Source of the DNA: Octopus vulgaris
Lineage: Eukaryota
Length of the DNA: 64,000 bases
Assembly: GCA_951406725.2 (NCBI GenBank)
Contig: OX597815.1
Coordinates: 122,884,001-122,948,000, forward strand
Direction of reading: 5' to 3'
Both the position numbers and the translations under genes were made by a program. Each line of letters opens with the position of its first letter. The first letter of the stretch is position 1. Under the pieces are notes generated by a model. It saw only the letters and a program-made list of their open reading frames with translations, did no database searches and was not told where the DNA came from. Of this stretch, positions 11,944 to 24,997 are shown one piece after another.

Positions 11944-14900
11944 CTCTGTAACTCGATATGCTATAAAGCTTCTTTTACGCAGCTTATTTCGGTCGGATTG
12001 TTTAAAGATAGCAAAAGATTTCACTCAACTCTTTATGACGCAGAAGGATCCAGTTTATCTGCAAATTGCAGTCAGCCCATGCCATTGTATAACGGCTCTT
12101 TCTTCATTTTATTTATTCACTTAAATAAAATTAAAAAAAAAAAAATGTTATCTTCTTTCTTTCTCTTTTTTCTTTCTTTTTTGATATTGTTGCTCTCATA
12201 GGCTTCTATGTATATTTCTATTACTTTTTACTCTCACCCTGGTCTCTCTCACTCTTATTCTATTTACCTTTCACTCTCTCTCTCTCTCGTTTTCTCCTCC
12301 CTATTTCGGTCCCCACCCTCTCTCATCATATTTCTTTTCTCTTCCGTATACCATTGGTCTTTCTGCTGCAGTGCTCAAAAACAGTAACGCACATTTATGA
12401 ATCTCTTTGACTAGTCGCGGACGAAAACTCCAAATGGTTACAGACTTGCGCTGGCATATAACTACCACAAACACAATGTGTCAAGAAACTAAGTATATCG
12501 ATTAAATCTTGTGTATGTGTGTCTGTAGTTATATGGTCAAATGGTTAAATATTCGCAAATCGACAACATATTTTTAAAAATCTCTGTAACTCGATATTTA
12601 ACTCATTAAAACAATCCTATTAAATAATTCCTGATTTATTTTAAAGGAGAAGTTATTTTATTTACTCGATCTTGGAGGGGTGAATGGCAAAGTTGACTTA
12701 GGCGAAATTTGAAACCAGAACGTAGAGAGCCGAAACAAGTGCAGCAAAGTATTTTTTCTGATACTCTAATCATTCCGTCAATCCGCTGCCTTTAACAAAT
12801 TCTATAAATTTCCAAGTTTGGTACAAGGCCAGCAATTTTAGGGGAAGGAGCTCTATCCTTTGCATCGACCCCAGTACTTGACTGGTACTTTATTTTATCG
12901 ATTCCGGAAGTATGAAAGACAAAGTTGACTCAGAAAGTGAAGAACTGGAACAAATACTGCAAAGCATTTAATCCCGATACTCTAACGATTCTGCAAGCTC
13001 ATTTCAGCTAATTCAGAACTTCCTGGCCTTAATTACTACTTCATTCTCAAACAGACTTGATCAAACAGGTTCACAGATATTAATTACCATAATATTGAAG
13101 TCAACTGAAAAAATAATAAAACTATGAGACACAAAAAGGCCAAAGAAAACGATCGTGAAAACACGACAAAAAACTATATAATATATCGGTCCCTTATAGG
13201 CGGCGAGCTTGCAGAGCCGGTTGCACGCCTGGCAAAAATGTTTAGCGGCATTTCGTCTGTCTTTTCGTTCTGAGTTCAAATTCCGGCATGTTTAAGTCAT
13301 TTGCTATTATTTCAAAATCAGAAATGTCGCCTTTTTTTTTTTTTCTGTGATTGCTACAATTTTGAGACGTTTATAGATTTCTGTATCTTAACTACGATGG
13401 TGAGGTTTTATTCATAAATGGCTTCCTATATCTTAAATATGATGTGATGCTTTATAGATAGATTCCTATAGCTTCGCAATTCGATCTTAGTTACAGATCG
13501 ATCTTCCCCGCTTTCTTCCTTATTTTTCTCACTCCCTCGCTTACTAATTGCGTTAGTCTTTGTCTTTCACCATCCCTCTCTTCTATCTCAGTGAATGTTT
13601 TGTTTTCCTAGCCGCCTTCTCTCGGAGATGATGCCGAAAGGACGACTTAGCTTTCCATCCTTTCGGGACTGATAAAATAAGTACCAGTTGAACGATGAAA
13701 TTGACTTACTTCCTCCCACAAACTTGCTGGCCTTGTGTCAAAACTTGAAACTAATATTTCAGTCCTCTACAGCAATAAATAAATATTGACTAAAAAGCAT
13801 GGAGTATATGTATCTGAAGATGGTTTCATAAAAACTTCGATTCACATATTTTAATAAAATCTGCTTTCTTTTGGCAGAAACTGCAAATAGCCATTCATGC
13901 AGGATAATACTTTCTATTGTGGTAAACTTTTCCAGAAGTAAAACAATTTGTTTTTCTTTGTAAGAAGTTGCTAATTCATTACCTTCCGACAGTAAAACAG
14001 CAATATTCAAAGATGAAGAGTAAATAACAGCATGTTTCTGCGCTAAAACTATTTTAATAGGTATTTTGACGTTACCTCTTGAAAGTGTTACCTCCCCAGG
14101 AAGTAGTTCGCATCCCAGCAAACGCCTAACAACTCCAGTGAAGTGATCTCTTTAGTTCTCAAATTTTCTACATTCTTTTCAGTGGTTTTGATGTCTTGGT
14201 TACGACATCTCTCCAGATCTTTTTTCTAACTGAAGAAGTTTTCGTATGTTTTTTTTTTTATTTTGGGTTTTTTTTCGCGGGTTTGCAGTTTGCAATGTAG
14301 AATTTGCTGCAGTTATTGCGTGCTACGTGTGACACAGTGAAAATTGTTGTGTCTAGTATCTTGCCGTGAGGGGACCGATTTCTAGACGGGAATTTATTTT
14401 ATTTTTAAAATGCGACAGCTTTTAAGAGAAAGTACAGCCGTTGATGGTATTAACCTTATCAGTGGGTTTATTGCTAAAAACTTTGGATAGCCGTTATCCT
14501 TTAGCACTTTTTGAAATTTTGACTCAAGGCCAGCAATTTCGAGGGATGGGGTAAGCCGATTAGATCGACCACAGTACTCAATTGGTACTTATTTTATCGA
14601 CCACGAAAGGCTGAAAGGCAAAGTGGAGTCGACGGAATTTGAACTTAAACGGACGAAATGCCGCTATGCATTTCACCCTGCATGCTAACGATTCTATATT
14701 AGAATGGTTTTTAACAGGACAACGAATTTGTTAAAAGTTATATAGGAATTTATAAAATTATAATTTACCATAACTATTTTCTTCAAATCTAGCTGAAAAT
14801 TTTCTTGCGCAAATCAAGAAATAAATACAGTGTTTATTTAGCTTGTGATGTACGACACGCACAGGGCGGTCACTTCATGTACGAGTATTTGTTGCAGTCG

Positions 14901-15052
14901 AAGATATGCTACGTTTAAGTAAAGAAGCAGCTAATTTGGCTACCACACAGGGAGATCAAAACTTACGTTACCACCACTGAGTAAACATTAGGATGAAATC
15001 TCAACTTTCCTGACAGACTAACAAGAAATTTAACTACAACAACAACAACAAC

Positions 15053-15114
<62 letters not shown>

Positions 15115-15116
15115 TG

Positions 15117-15161
<45 letters not shown>

Positions 15162-15230
15162 TTTTAAAAAAGATTGACGTAACTCTTCACAAAGGTAAAC
15201 AGTCAAGACGAAGAGCGCGATTCGATTGTA

Positions 15231-15458
15231 AGATATTTTATTAGTTGAACGATATTTCAACAGTTCGTCTGTCTTTGTCAAGTTCAAAATAAGAAGTGAT
15301 AAAAACTGATGATGTTATTCCATCAACGTGTGGACGCTGGTTGCTCTCGTTCATACTTTACGTTTAAATTTCTGTAATTTTGAATTTTTATCACTTCTTA
15401 TTTTGAACTTGACAAAGACAGACGTACTGTTGAAATATCGTTCAACTAATAAAATATC

Positions 15459-15459
<1 letters not shown>
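15231..15459. repeat. Inverted repeat, 75-bp arms (15231-15305 / 15385-15459), between (TAA)n tracts
   Basis: agatattttattagttgaacgatatttcaacag...aagaagtgataaaaa is mirrored with about one mismatch. Confidence 0.95.
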
Positions 15460-15509
<50 letters not shown>

Positions 15510-15522
15510 TAATAATAATAAT

Positions 15523-15810
15523 AATTTATTCTTTTATTAGCCACAGGGACTCATATACAATAATATTAAAGGACATGCAACAACATATAAGACAAAACCA
15601 GGACGATACAATGGGCTTTCCGCAAGTACACAATATAAATAACAATCAAAATTGAACAAATTAAAACTCCCAATAGGGAAGGCGCTTTAAGGTCATCGTG
15701 GAGAACCCTACAAAAGCCACGGGTGCCTGATCAACAGGGCAAGAGCCCTCTTTTTTTTTTACAGGTGCACGCTCAGAGTTGGTTCTTTCACACTGGCCAT
15801 TCTTCCGACA
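15523..15810 (-). mobile_element. 3' end of an L1/Tx1-like retrotransposon with (TTA)n tail
   Basis: Reverse complement aligns by eye with 21810-22100 (aagaatgg, cctgta, gagggc-cttgc, tcagg, ctccac, taataaa) and ends in the microsatellite. Confidence 0.65.
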
Positions 15811-15825
15811 TTATTATTATTATTA

Positions 15826-16362
15826 TTGAGTGAGAGAGCAGTGTATGCCATCAAAGCGACACTGGGGTAAAATATATGAAGCCCAGTATACCCATCATGA
15901 CTACCCGTCTGATAAGGGTACACTAGGCACATGCATCACAACCATATCTGCACGACATGGTGATCTCATATCAAGATAAACAGCGCATGACCTTGCAGGT
16001 GGGGCCCAGTTAGAATTTTCTTCGGGTCGAGTAACCCATCCCGTTCAAAAAGTCCCCGAATAAGGGTTGTTTAAGGATGTTGAACGAAACACCCATGTTT
16101 CCTGAAGAATCCCTCTCAATACATGGCTGTGATGCTCCCCCACTACTTCTGCTCGTGGTCAGAGATGCACATATCGTCAGCCACTAAGGGGCATGGTCAA
16201 CTGGTTATGGTCAAACAACTGACAAGCAAATCTGTGGTATTGAGCAGAATATTTGCTGTAGCCCATCTTTTACACCAAGACAAAACAATGTACATAACAC
16301 TTCTAATCAGTTAAGATCAGAAACCGCGAGAGCCACTGCCTAGTACTACATCAAGGCATTTA
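15826..16362 (-). mobile_element. About 535-bp non-coding element embedded in (TAA)n; probable non-autonomous retroelement
   Basis: Block of higher GC with (TTA)n on both sides on the plus strand. No ORF similarity recognised and no TIRs. Strand is inferred. Confidence 0.6.
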
Positions 16363-16372
16363 TTATTATTAA

Positions 16373-16420
<48 letters not shown>

Positions 16421-16426
16421 CATCAT

Positions 16427-16492
<66 letters not shown>

Positions 16493-17749
16493 GGATGAGG
16501 AAAATTGCAACAGACAGAATTGAGACATCATATTCGAAATAAAAAGATTAACTCATTAATTCTTATTCAGCGTCTGTGTTTCTTAACTGGTGTAGTATTC
16601 TACTGTCATTAACATAACGTAGATATTAATTCTACAATATGATACCTTAACCAACGGAAACAACACGTCTTAAGTTAGAAACTAAGCATTATATTTTATT
16701 CACGTTTAAAAATAACTCTTAGTGCGCATCTAATTCGTCTCTTTAACAGGCATACTTACTAGGATTGTTTTTTTGTAAATCTTTATAAGTTTTTAATTGC
16801 ACAGAAGTAGTATTATTTTCCTGATATTCAGTACTACAGACATAATACTACTTCTATTAAAACACAATAATATATTTTTTCTCCAATTAGTGACCGGATA
16901 TATACGTTTGCAGGCTTTCTTATATGTTTACCGATATATAGATAACCTTTTTGCTAGTGTTTTTAGTATCTGAAGCCAACTCAAAATGGACATTCCTTCA
17001 AAATCAGCCAAGAATTTGATACCAACTGTAAAAGGAGACCAACAGCACAAAAGCTGTTACGCTTCAGTGTCCGCCATTGCGATTCTGTTTCCTCTCTTTA
17101 AAAAAAAAATCTGCTACGAAATGGCAGAGAAGGGGAAGTCTAACAATTAGTCTTTCAGCCAAAATATCTCTAATATTTCCTGCTTTCCACTCAAATATTT
17201 TTCTCTGTTGTTGTTGTCGACCCTCAAATCTGTTCTGATTGATCAGACCCTATTATCAAAAGTGTTCCCATTTTTTAGTGCATTTAAAGATTACATTGTC
17301 TAATATTTTCTTATTAAAAAAGAATTTAAAAAACACGTTAAAGTGTGGCTTGAAGGTGTTTGACTGATATTTCTAGAAGAATGAACGACCGCATAATTTA
17401 TGTTTGCAAATAAAGAAAGTATTGGAAAATACTGCATTAATCACTGAATAACTTATGTTGTTATGCATACTAAGTTTTTATATAAGAAAGTATAACAATA
17501 GAAACTGGAGTCATTTAAGAGTTTAACTTCTCAGAGATATGTCTTAGCGACATTTGGTCATTCCAAATGACGCAATATTCTATATTAAATTCAGTTTTTA
17601 ACAAGTTTTCTTTTCTTTTTTTTCTCTCGGGGACAATTGCAACGTTCTTCCGTGAATGCAGAGAACAAGTTTAAACAAACTTTTTTCCAAGGGTCTCGCA
17701 CCTTTTTTCAAGGTGCAAAGGTAATGAGCAGAGGAGGTGTAATATGTAG

Positions 17750-18265
17750 ATTTGATTCCTGTCCCCCTGTTATTGAATACGTACACAAATATCTGCTCAA
17801 AGAATGTTGGTGGAACATTCCCATCAGAACAACTGTCAAGTGTAAGTATAACAGGCCGGATATTGTTCTTTGGGACTGTCAAGAAAGAGCATGCACCGTT
17901 ATAGAGGTCAACTGCCCTACTGATGTGAATGTCTCTATGAAAGCCAAAGAGACAAAAGATAACTAAGGACAACTGTTTCGAAACCTCCAGCTTCTATACC
18001 TGGATTATAAGTTTATATTTATAGCCATAATAACTGGTGTACTTGATTTTGTAAGAAAATGCCTAACTGCCAGTCTGGATAAGGTTGGATTTTTAGAAAA
18101 AGAATTCAACCAACTGACTCACATATTACAAATATGATCTGTAAGTGGAACGGTAAAACTATGCAAGACTTGAAATAAGTCTTGCATAGTTTGGAGCTTT
18201 GTATTTTTGTCAGAAACCAGCTCCTTCTTCACAGGAAGAAGTTAAATAATTAAAAGTAGAAAAGA
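17750..18265 (+). mobile_element. R4/Dong-like non-LTR retrotransposon 3' fragment (restriction-like endonuclease), followed by (TACA)n
   Basis: WWNIPIRTTVKCKYNRPDIVLWD...TVIEVNCPTDVNV...KDN*GQL...GVLDFV...SGTVKLCKT carries the RPD...E-x3-P REL motif. Contains in-frame stops. Confidence 0.85.
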
Positions 18266-18334
18266 ACATACATACATACATACATACATACATACATACA
18301 TACATACATACATACATCTGCATGTAAATATATA

Positions 18335-18545
18335 TTTCTTTATTGTCCACAGGAGGCTAAACACAGAGGGGACAAACAAAGGGATTAAGTCGATTACATC
18401 GACCACAGTGCGTAACTGGTACTTATTTAATCGACCCTGAAAGGATGAAAGGCAAAGGCGACCTCGGCGGAATTTGAACTCAAAACGTAACGGCAGACTG
18501 AGCATTTCGCCCGGTGTGCAAACGATCTGCCAGCTCGCTGCCTTA
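18335..18545 (-). mobile_element. Deu/Nin-like SINE
   Basis: aactggtacttatttaatcgaccctgaaaggatgaaaggc...gccagctcgctgcctt. Confidence 0.85.
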
Positions 18546-18564
18546 AATATATGTACTATATGTA

Positions 18565-18647
<83 letters not shown>

Positions 18648-20208
18648 GTATGTATGTCTGTATATGCATGTGTGTTATGTATATATGTAGGTAGATGTGT
18701 GTATATTAGATTTAGTATTAGGTGTTGGGGAGTGGAAAAATAGAAACCTTAGTATACTCCACAGATCTTTCCAGTAAAGAATATGTTCACACTAAAATAG
18801 ATTGTTTAGAATTATCTTAACGGTGCCTCACTATATTTTACAACAGTTTCTATCAAGTGTGTTTGTTATTGTAATGTTGATTGGAATGTATCTCTGAACG
18901 CTGGCATTAAATATCCTAATCAGCCTCGAATATATTTTAACAGAACCGGGGATATGTTGTCAGAAGTCAAATTAGCGTTATATGAAAACTACAGATTAAA
19001 AACTGAAAGTAATTGTGGCGTAACTTGTTGATTTCGCGAAAGACAGATGTTATAACGTTTAGACTGATTAAACCTAGAAAATGGTTAGCATATAGGCACA
19101 GGTATGGTTGTGTGGTGAAGTTAGCTTTGCAATCTTACTTCCTCTCTTTTAAATACACTGGTAGGTGATCCGATCCCTTCGTCGTCGCTTAGTATGCTAG
19201 AAATAGCAGTGATCACATGGGGCTCAAAACAACTTTTTTCAACAGGGCTGTAATTCTATCATCAAAACGATGAGGTAACAAAATCAAGATGCATGAAATA
19301 TCCATCCCGTCCTTTTCTTTCTACATTAAATTCTTATATAATAGTAACTTAACCCATCTGAAAGTTATCTGAAGAAAATTTTATCAAAAAGTAACCATTT
19401 TTCAGAAAACTATGAAGAAACAAAATTGAGGCGTGTGAATTATCCAAAACTCCTTTCCCAAAAAACTTTTCAGCTCAAATTCTGATACATTTGTAACCTC
19501 CAGCATTTGAAACGCATTTGTAAAAACATTCATTAATGAATGTTCAATTTTCAGAAAGCTATAAAGAAACGATTTCGGCAGGGCACATTTCTGCAGTGAT
19601 GCCCAAATTTATTAAGTGAGTAAGTACTATCAAACGAATAGGGGATTCGAAGAAAAATTAGACGTTACACAGGTTGGGAATCAAATGTGTAAATATCATT
19701 TAGCAACTAGCAGAAAGCCGTCCGGAGGGCAGTCTTACATTCTACATTTTTCTAGAGTATATATTTAATATACGTAAGGTGTACTAACCATCTGAATGTG
19801 GCTAGCCACTGGGGGTGGGGTGTTACTGATGCTTTTAGCCCCAGGCGATCAACGTCACCAGATGGACTTCAGACACTATCTCAGTGCCCTTGTGTTATTT
19901 GCAAAGGGAGGTCATCCTCCCTCGAAGACCTAAGTACTACATACGGACTATAGTTTCAAGGTAATTGCCTCTCGTCAACGCATGGTATATATTAAACGTT
20001 ATATATTATTTGCAGGGGGACTCCTTCATCGAAGACCGGTGCTTACCATGCTTACCATTCAGATGGCTAGTACACTTTACGTTGTCGAGCGGTTACTGTT
20101 TATATCTCGTTCAGAGATTTATTATATATTTAATATACTTTGGCAAGAAAGGTGACAGTATCCTTCTTGTGAAAATATAGCACATAACGTGTGTGTGTGT
20201 GTATTATA

Positions 20209-20260
<52 letters not shown>

Positions 20261-20882
20261 TTTAACTAGTTGCGACTATCGTAATCTTTAAATATAAGAT
20301 GAAAGGGGGAAAATGATTACCGTAGAGTAATCTTTGTCGAAGTATGTGATTTACATGAATGTCCTTCATTTAGTAGACCTGCCAGATGATATATACGATC
20401 GTTTGTAGAACTTTGTGAGGTTATTTGTAAAGGTCATGTACCTATGATAAAAACAACATAACATTTATAGCGTCTTTGATGAGTTAGTTTACTTAATTCG
20501 TTATGTTGTACTGTTTTGTATAGTATTTACGACACACCATGACACCCTGGCAACGTTGGGAGATAAAAAAGGTCAAGAAAAACCAGCAGAACAAGGAAAC
20601 CTTTCTGTATGGTCATTTAGATTGCTAGAAGTAGCAGCTAAATCGTCCTCTAATCACGCCCTCACTATCTAAGAGAAAGAGATACGTAAAGGATAGAATG
20701 ATATACTGTTTGGAAAACTGGGTGCACTCTCTTATCTTCGGAGTTTTGAAAAGGCTACCACTATTTCATGGAGAAGGATGAGGGCAAGGAATTATGTGGA
20801 TCTTTCCTTCCGTGAAAGAATATTTCGTCCAAAAAAATTAATCTTTTTTTACCTTTTTGTATCCACTTCCAATTCCTTGCTC

Positions 20883-21300
20883 GGATCTTTTCGGTTTGAA
20901 CGGCAGTTTTTAAAAATAATTTCCACGTAACTAAACACTTTTAAACTTCGTATACTGGTAGAATGTGTTTATAAAACATCTTTTTCTCTTGGCTTTATTG
21001 AGAAAATTCTATAGTTTGTAAGATATTTGTTGTTTTTTTCTTCAATTTCTGCAATTTCAACCAATCACTGACGTCTATTGAGGTAAAAAACATTCTGTGC
21101 CGTATGAATATGTCCCTCGTTTAAGAAACAGATTGGGTTTAAATAACATTTGTGAAGAAAAAAAGATATTCTTCCCCCCACCCCTAACCCTAACCCTAAA
21201 ACAGATTGAAATGCAATAGATCGATACTAGGGTCATAATTATGGGTGACAATTTCTTATGACACCGCTAGAAAAAACTGCCGTTCTAACCGAAAAGATCC
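20883..21300. mobile_element. 418-bp MITE with GG termini, 8-bp TSD and internal (CCCTAA)n; possibly Merlin-like
   Basis: TIR ggatcttttcggtttgaacggcagttttt / aaaaactgccgttctaaccgaaaagatcc. Flanks are ccttgctc / ccgtgctc. Superfamily is inferred from the termini and TSD length only. Confidence 0.88.
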
Positions 21301-21407
21301 CCGTGCTCTTGCAAGTTAATTTTTACAGTTATATTTATCTCATGAGATGGGTGTATTATTAACAATAAACAAAAATATAAAACTCGTAGGGTAGTCATAG
21401 TCGGAAA

Positions 21408-21558
21408 TAGTGGCGTAGCTAGAGTGTGTGCCGCTCACAGTAGCCCTTGAGTTTGCTGCCGCCCCTATATAGGCTTTTCAGCAGATCCAAAAGTGCTAAC
21501 CCGGTAAATACGGCCGGCCGCATACCTCCCACTTGTCCTCCCTCGTTTATGTTACAAG
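21408..21558. mobile_element. Degenerate hAT-type MITE
   Basis: Left end tagtggcgtagctagagtgtgtgccgc is shared with the 63-bp element at 22452. The right end is decayed. Confidence 0.5.
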
Positions 21559-21569
21559 GTGGAAATACT

Positions 21570-22096
21570 TTTAAACATAGATGCTTGATAGGGCTGACCT
21601 GCAGTTAAACAACAAAGGGAAAGGCAGGCAGTTTTTCTTTGCCTGGTGGCCTGAGCTAAAGAGGTTGTATGGTGGACCAGATTGAAAGGGCTGAAGACAG
21701 ATACTTGCTTTTTGGCCAAACCCTCAACTTTTTCAAGTTTCACTTAAGAATGAAAGTGAAGAGAGAAAGGGAAGTGCTGCCAACCAGCAATTTTGTGAAA
21801 AGGTGGATGGATGTTGAAAGAATGGTCCGAGTGAACTTCTCTAAGCATGCGCCTGTAGGTTGAAAGAGAACGATGTGGAGAGGGCACTTGCTCTAATCGT
21901 CAGGACATCCATGGTTTTGTGGTGTCTCCACAAGCAACCCTAGAAAGTTTCCATCGCTTGGGGAATTATGCATTGTTATAATTATTTTGTTGCTTTTTCT
22001 TTTTACTTTTTACAAGCATTTTATGTAACCCCACATTGTATTGTTCTGTACCATCCTCAATGTCTTTAGTAAACTCTTAGTGGTTAATAAAGAAAA

Positions 22097-22146
<50 letters not shown>
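21570..22146 (+). mobile_element. L1/Tx1-like retrotransposon 3' fragment with 3' UTR, AATAAA and (ATT)n tail
   Basis: AVFLCLVA*AKEVVWWTR and LNFFKFHLRMKVKREREVL...FVKRW resemble Tx1 ORF2 C-termini. Confidence 0.65.
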
Positions 22147-22147
<1 letters not shown>

Positions 22148-22451
22148 CAAGGTGATGAGCTGGCAGAATCGTTAGCACACAAGGCAAAATGCTTAGCGGC
22201 ATTTCGTCCGTCTTTATGCTCTGAGTTCAAATACTGCCGAGGTCGACTTTGCTTTTCATCTTTTCGGGGTCCATGAAAAAAGTACCAGTCGAGTATTGGA
22301 GTCGATGTAATCAGCTTATACCCACCACCAAAAAAAAAAAAATAATAATAATAATAATAATCAGGACTTATGCCTGTAGTAGGGTGTTTCTCTCATGATC
22401 TAGCATCGTGATTTCAATTCTTAGTCCGGAAGGTGCGTTGTGTTCTTGAGC

Positions 22452-22514
22452 CACTAGCGTAGTTAAGGGGAGGGGGCGTGGCCCCGGGCGGCACACACTC
22501 TAGCTACATTAGTG
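22452..22514. mobile_element. 63-bp hAT-type mini-MITE inserted in a SINE
   Basis: Perfect 8-bp TSD tcttgagc (22444-22451, 22515-22522). Imperfect TIR cactagcgtagtta / tagctacattagtg. Confidence 0.85.
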
Positions 22515-22751
22515 TCTTGAGCAAAACACTTCATCTCACGTTGCTCTACGATCTGCGATCACTTCGACACCTGGCGAGTAGTACACAGCGCACGTGTTCA
22601 GACGACGTCGATTTGATGGAGAGAGTGAGCTAATGTGAGGCACAAATATTTGATCGCTATAAACAAATCATTTGTGCTGGTCGTTCGGCAAAAGCTGAAT
22701 GCTCATTCGTCGTCTTCGACGGAAGACTCCATCGTTATTATTATTATTATT

Positions 22752-22970
22752 AAGGTGGCGAGCTGGCAGAATCGTTAACACGCCGGGCAAAACCCTTAGC
22801 GGCATTTCGCCCGTTCTTACGTTCTGCGATCGAATCCCGCCGAGGTCGACTTTGCCTTTCATCCTTTCGGGATCGATAAAATAAGCACCAGTTGAGTGCA
22901 GGGGGCGATGTAATAAACTATTCTCCTCCCACAAATTTCAGGGCTTGTGCCTATATAAGTAAAACGGATT
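22752..22970 (+). mobile_element. tRNA-derived SINE with Deu/Nin-like domain; another copy at 22148-22320
   Basis: aaggtggcgagctggcagaatcgtta...cgaatcccgccgaggtcgactttgcctttcatcctttcgggatcgataaaataag. Confidence 0.88.
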
Positions 22971-23720
22971 ATTATTATCATTTCAACATAACATGGAATA
23001 ATTATCGCAAATGGTAATGATACGAAAATATATAATAGCCAGATGGCTTTTACTTCATCATCTCCACTTGTCTTGAGAGTAGCCTGCATAGTGAATCCTC
23101 CCCCTCCTCTTCATCATCATCATCATCATCATCATCTCCTCCTCCTCCTCCTCCCCCTCTGCCTCCCTCTGAAAGGATTAATGAAGGTATTTTGGCTGTT
23201 GATATTTAGTTCATTATCTGAACTAGTTTCCTCCCCATCCTCCGCCCACCACCAGTTCTTTATCATTCACAGCTGGAACGATCATATTACATCAAGTCCT
23301 AGCTCACCTAGATAACAAAGCCGAAAAGGTTAGTTGAATTTTCACGCATTATGACGATTTGTTTAGAAAAAGACACCACATACCAATGAAAGACCGGTGT
23401 GTTTCGCACGAGGCAGAGGTACTTAACAACCGGAAAGCAAATCTGGAAGCCATTCTGGAAATATGTGATGCAGGCGAAATGGATTAAATGGTTAACGCTT
23501 CCAACTTCAAATTCTGTTTAGTTGGATATGTTAAGAAGTTTGTTCCGCAACTAAATGGTCTCGAGTGCGGTCCTTCTGCGCGGTATCTGAGACATTTATT
23601 GTTACTCCAAGTCGACCAATATCTTGTGTGTGAAACAGGTGAATTGAAACTGTTCTGAAGCACGCCGTATGCATGTATGTATGTACGTACGTCGGTACGT
23701 GCATAGGCCATCTTTCAGTA

Positions 23721-23914
23721 CAAGTACCATAACTGCCAAATCTGTTTGTTTACATTTGAAGAAGAAGATCGTCACTTTCCGTAAAGTTTTTTTTTTTTTA
23801 TATATGTGGAGTTAGGGTTAGGGTTAGGCTTAGGGGTAGGGGAAAAAGGTTTCTTTTTTCTTCTGAAATGTAAATAAACCCACGTGGGTTTATAATTGGC
23901 AGTTATGGTACTTG
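23721..23914. mobile_element. MITE-like element with 19-bp TIRs and internal (TTAGGG)n
   Basis: caagtaccataactgccaa / ttggcagttatggtacttg is a perfect inverted pair. No clear TSD. Confidence 0.8.
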
Positions 23915-23960
23915 GTCCGTAAGATTGCCGTATGGCAGGATGGATGGATGAATTGGTCGC

Positions 23961-24016
<56 letters not shown>

Positions 24017-24366
24017 ATTGATACCGTTTGAAAAAAAAAAAGGAAAATTGATCGCCAAATATTTAAGCACTAAGCTGAAACCAATACTAATTCACTAATA
24101 CGCCTCAAAGCAGTGCCCCGTCACTATTATCTTCGGTTTTGACATCCATTTTGTTCATGCTTGGTTACATGTAATTTATTGAGATAGATATACTACAGCC
24201 GGATACTCTTCCTGGTACCAACACTCACCAATTTCCAAGCAAGATAATATATCCCTATTAGAAATGAATGACCCTGTTTGTATGGCAGACACTCATTTAC
24301 AACTGTCACGTGATGTCAAGACAAGGACACATGCTCACACGCATATGTGTGTGTGTGTGTGTGTGT

Positions 24367-24592
24367 GGAGGTGCGTGCCTTAGTGGTTAGAGTGTTAGCA
24401 CCATGACCGTAAGATTGTGGTTTCTATTCCTGGATCGGGCAACGTGTTATGTTCTTGAGCAAAACACTTCATTTCACGTTGCTCCAATCCACTCAGATGG
24501 CAAAAATGAGTAACGCTGGAGAGCACATACACCATAGAAACCGGGAAACTGGGCCCATGAGCCTGGTTAGGCTTTAAAAGAGCGCATTTATT

Positions 24593-24595
<3 letters not shown>
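24367..24595 (+). mobile_element. Third tRNA-derived SINE family
   Basis: cttagtggttagagtg head, then gttcttgagcaaaacacttcatttcacgttgctcc. Related pieces at 22380-22740, 29130-29260 and about 61040-61130 (minus). Confidence 0.75.
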
Positions 24596-24668
<73 letters not shown>

Positions 24669-24997
24669 GACGGATTTCTTTCAGTTTTCGTCAATCAAAT
24701 CCACTCACAAGGATTTGGACGACCCGGAACTGTAGAGGGAAACATTTGCTCAAAGTTCCACGTATTGGGTTTGAATTCGAAACCATGTGGTCGGGAAGTA
24801 AATTTCTCGACCACACAGCCACACCTCGTCACATTGTCAATGTAAAATATCTAAAGCTTGAAAACTGACCTCTATAACAAATAACTACCTTATTAGTTAT
24901 GTTTCTCGAGAAATCGATGTGATTATTACCAGTCTATTCTGTAATGGTCGACAAACATATTTTCCTCGTCTCCGGATTTCAATAATTGCTTACATCC

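Noticed and set aside
13759-14121. 120-aa minus-strand ORF with protein-like composition
   Set aside because: No recognisable family, a TTG start, and no convincing in-frame splice sites.
21182-21199. Telomeric repeats read as a chromosome end or fusion
   Set aside because: Only about three units, internal to MITEs.
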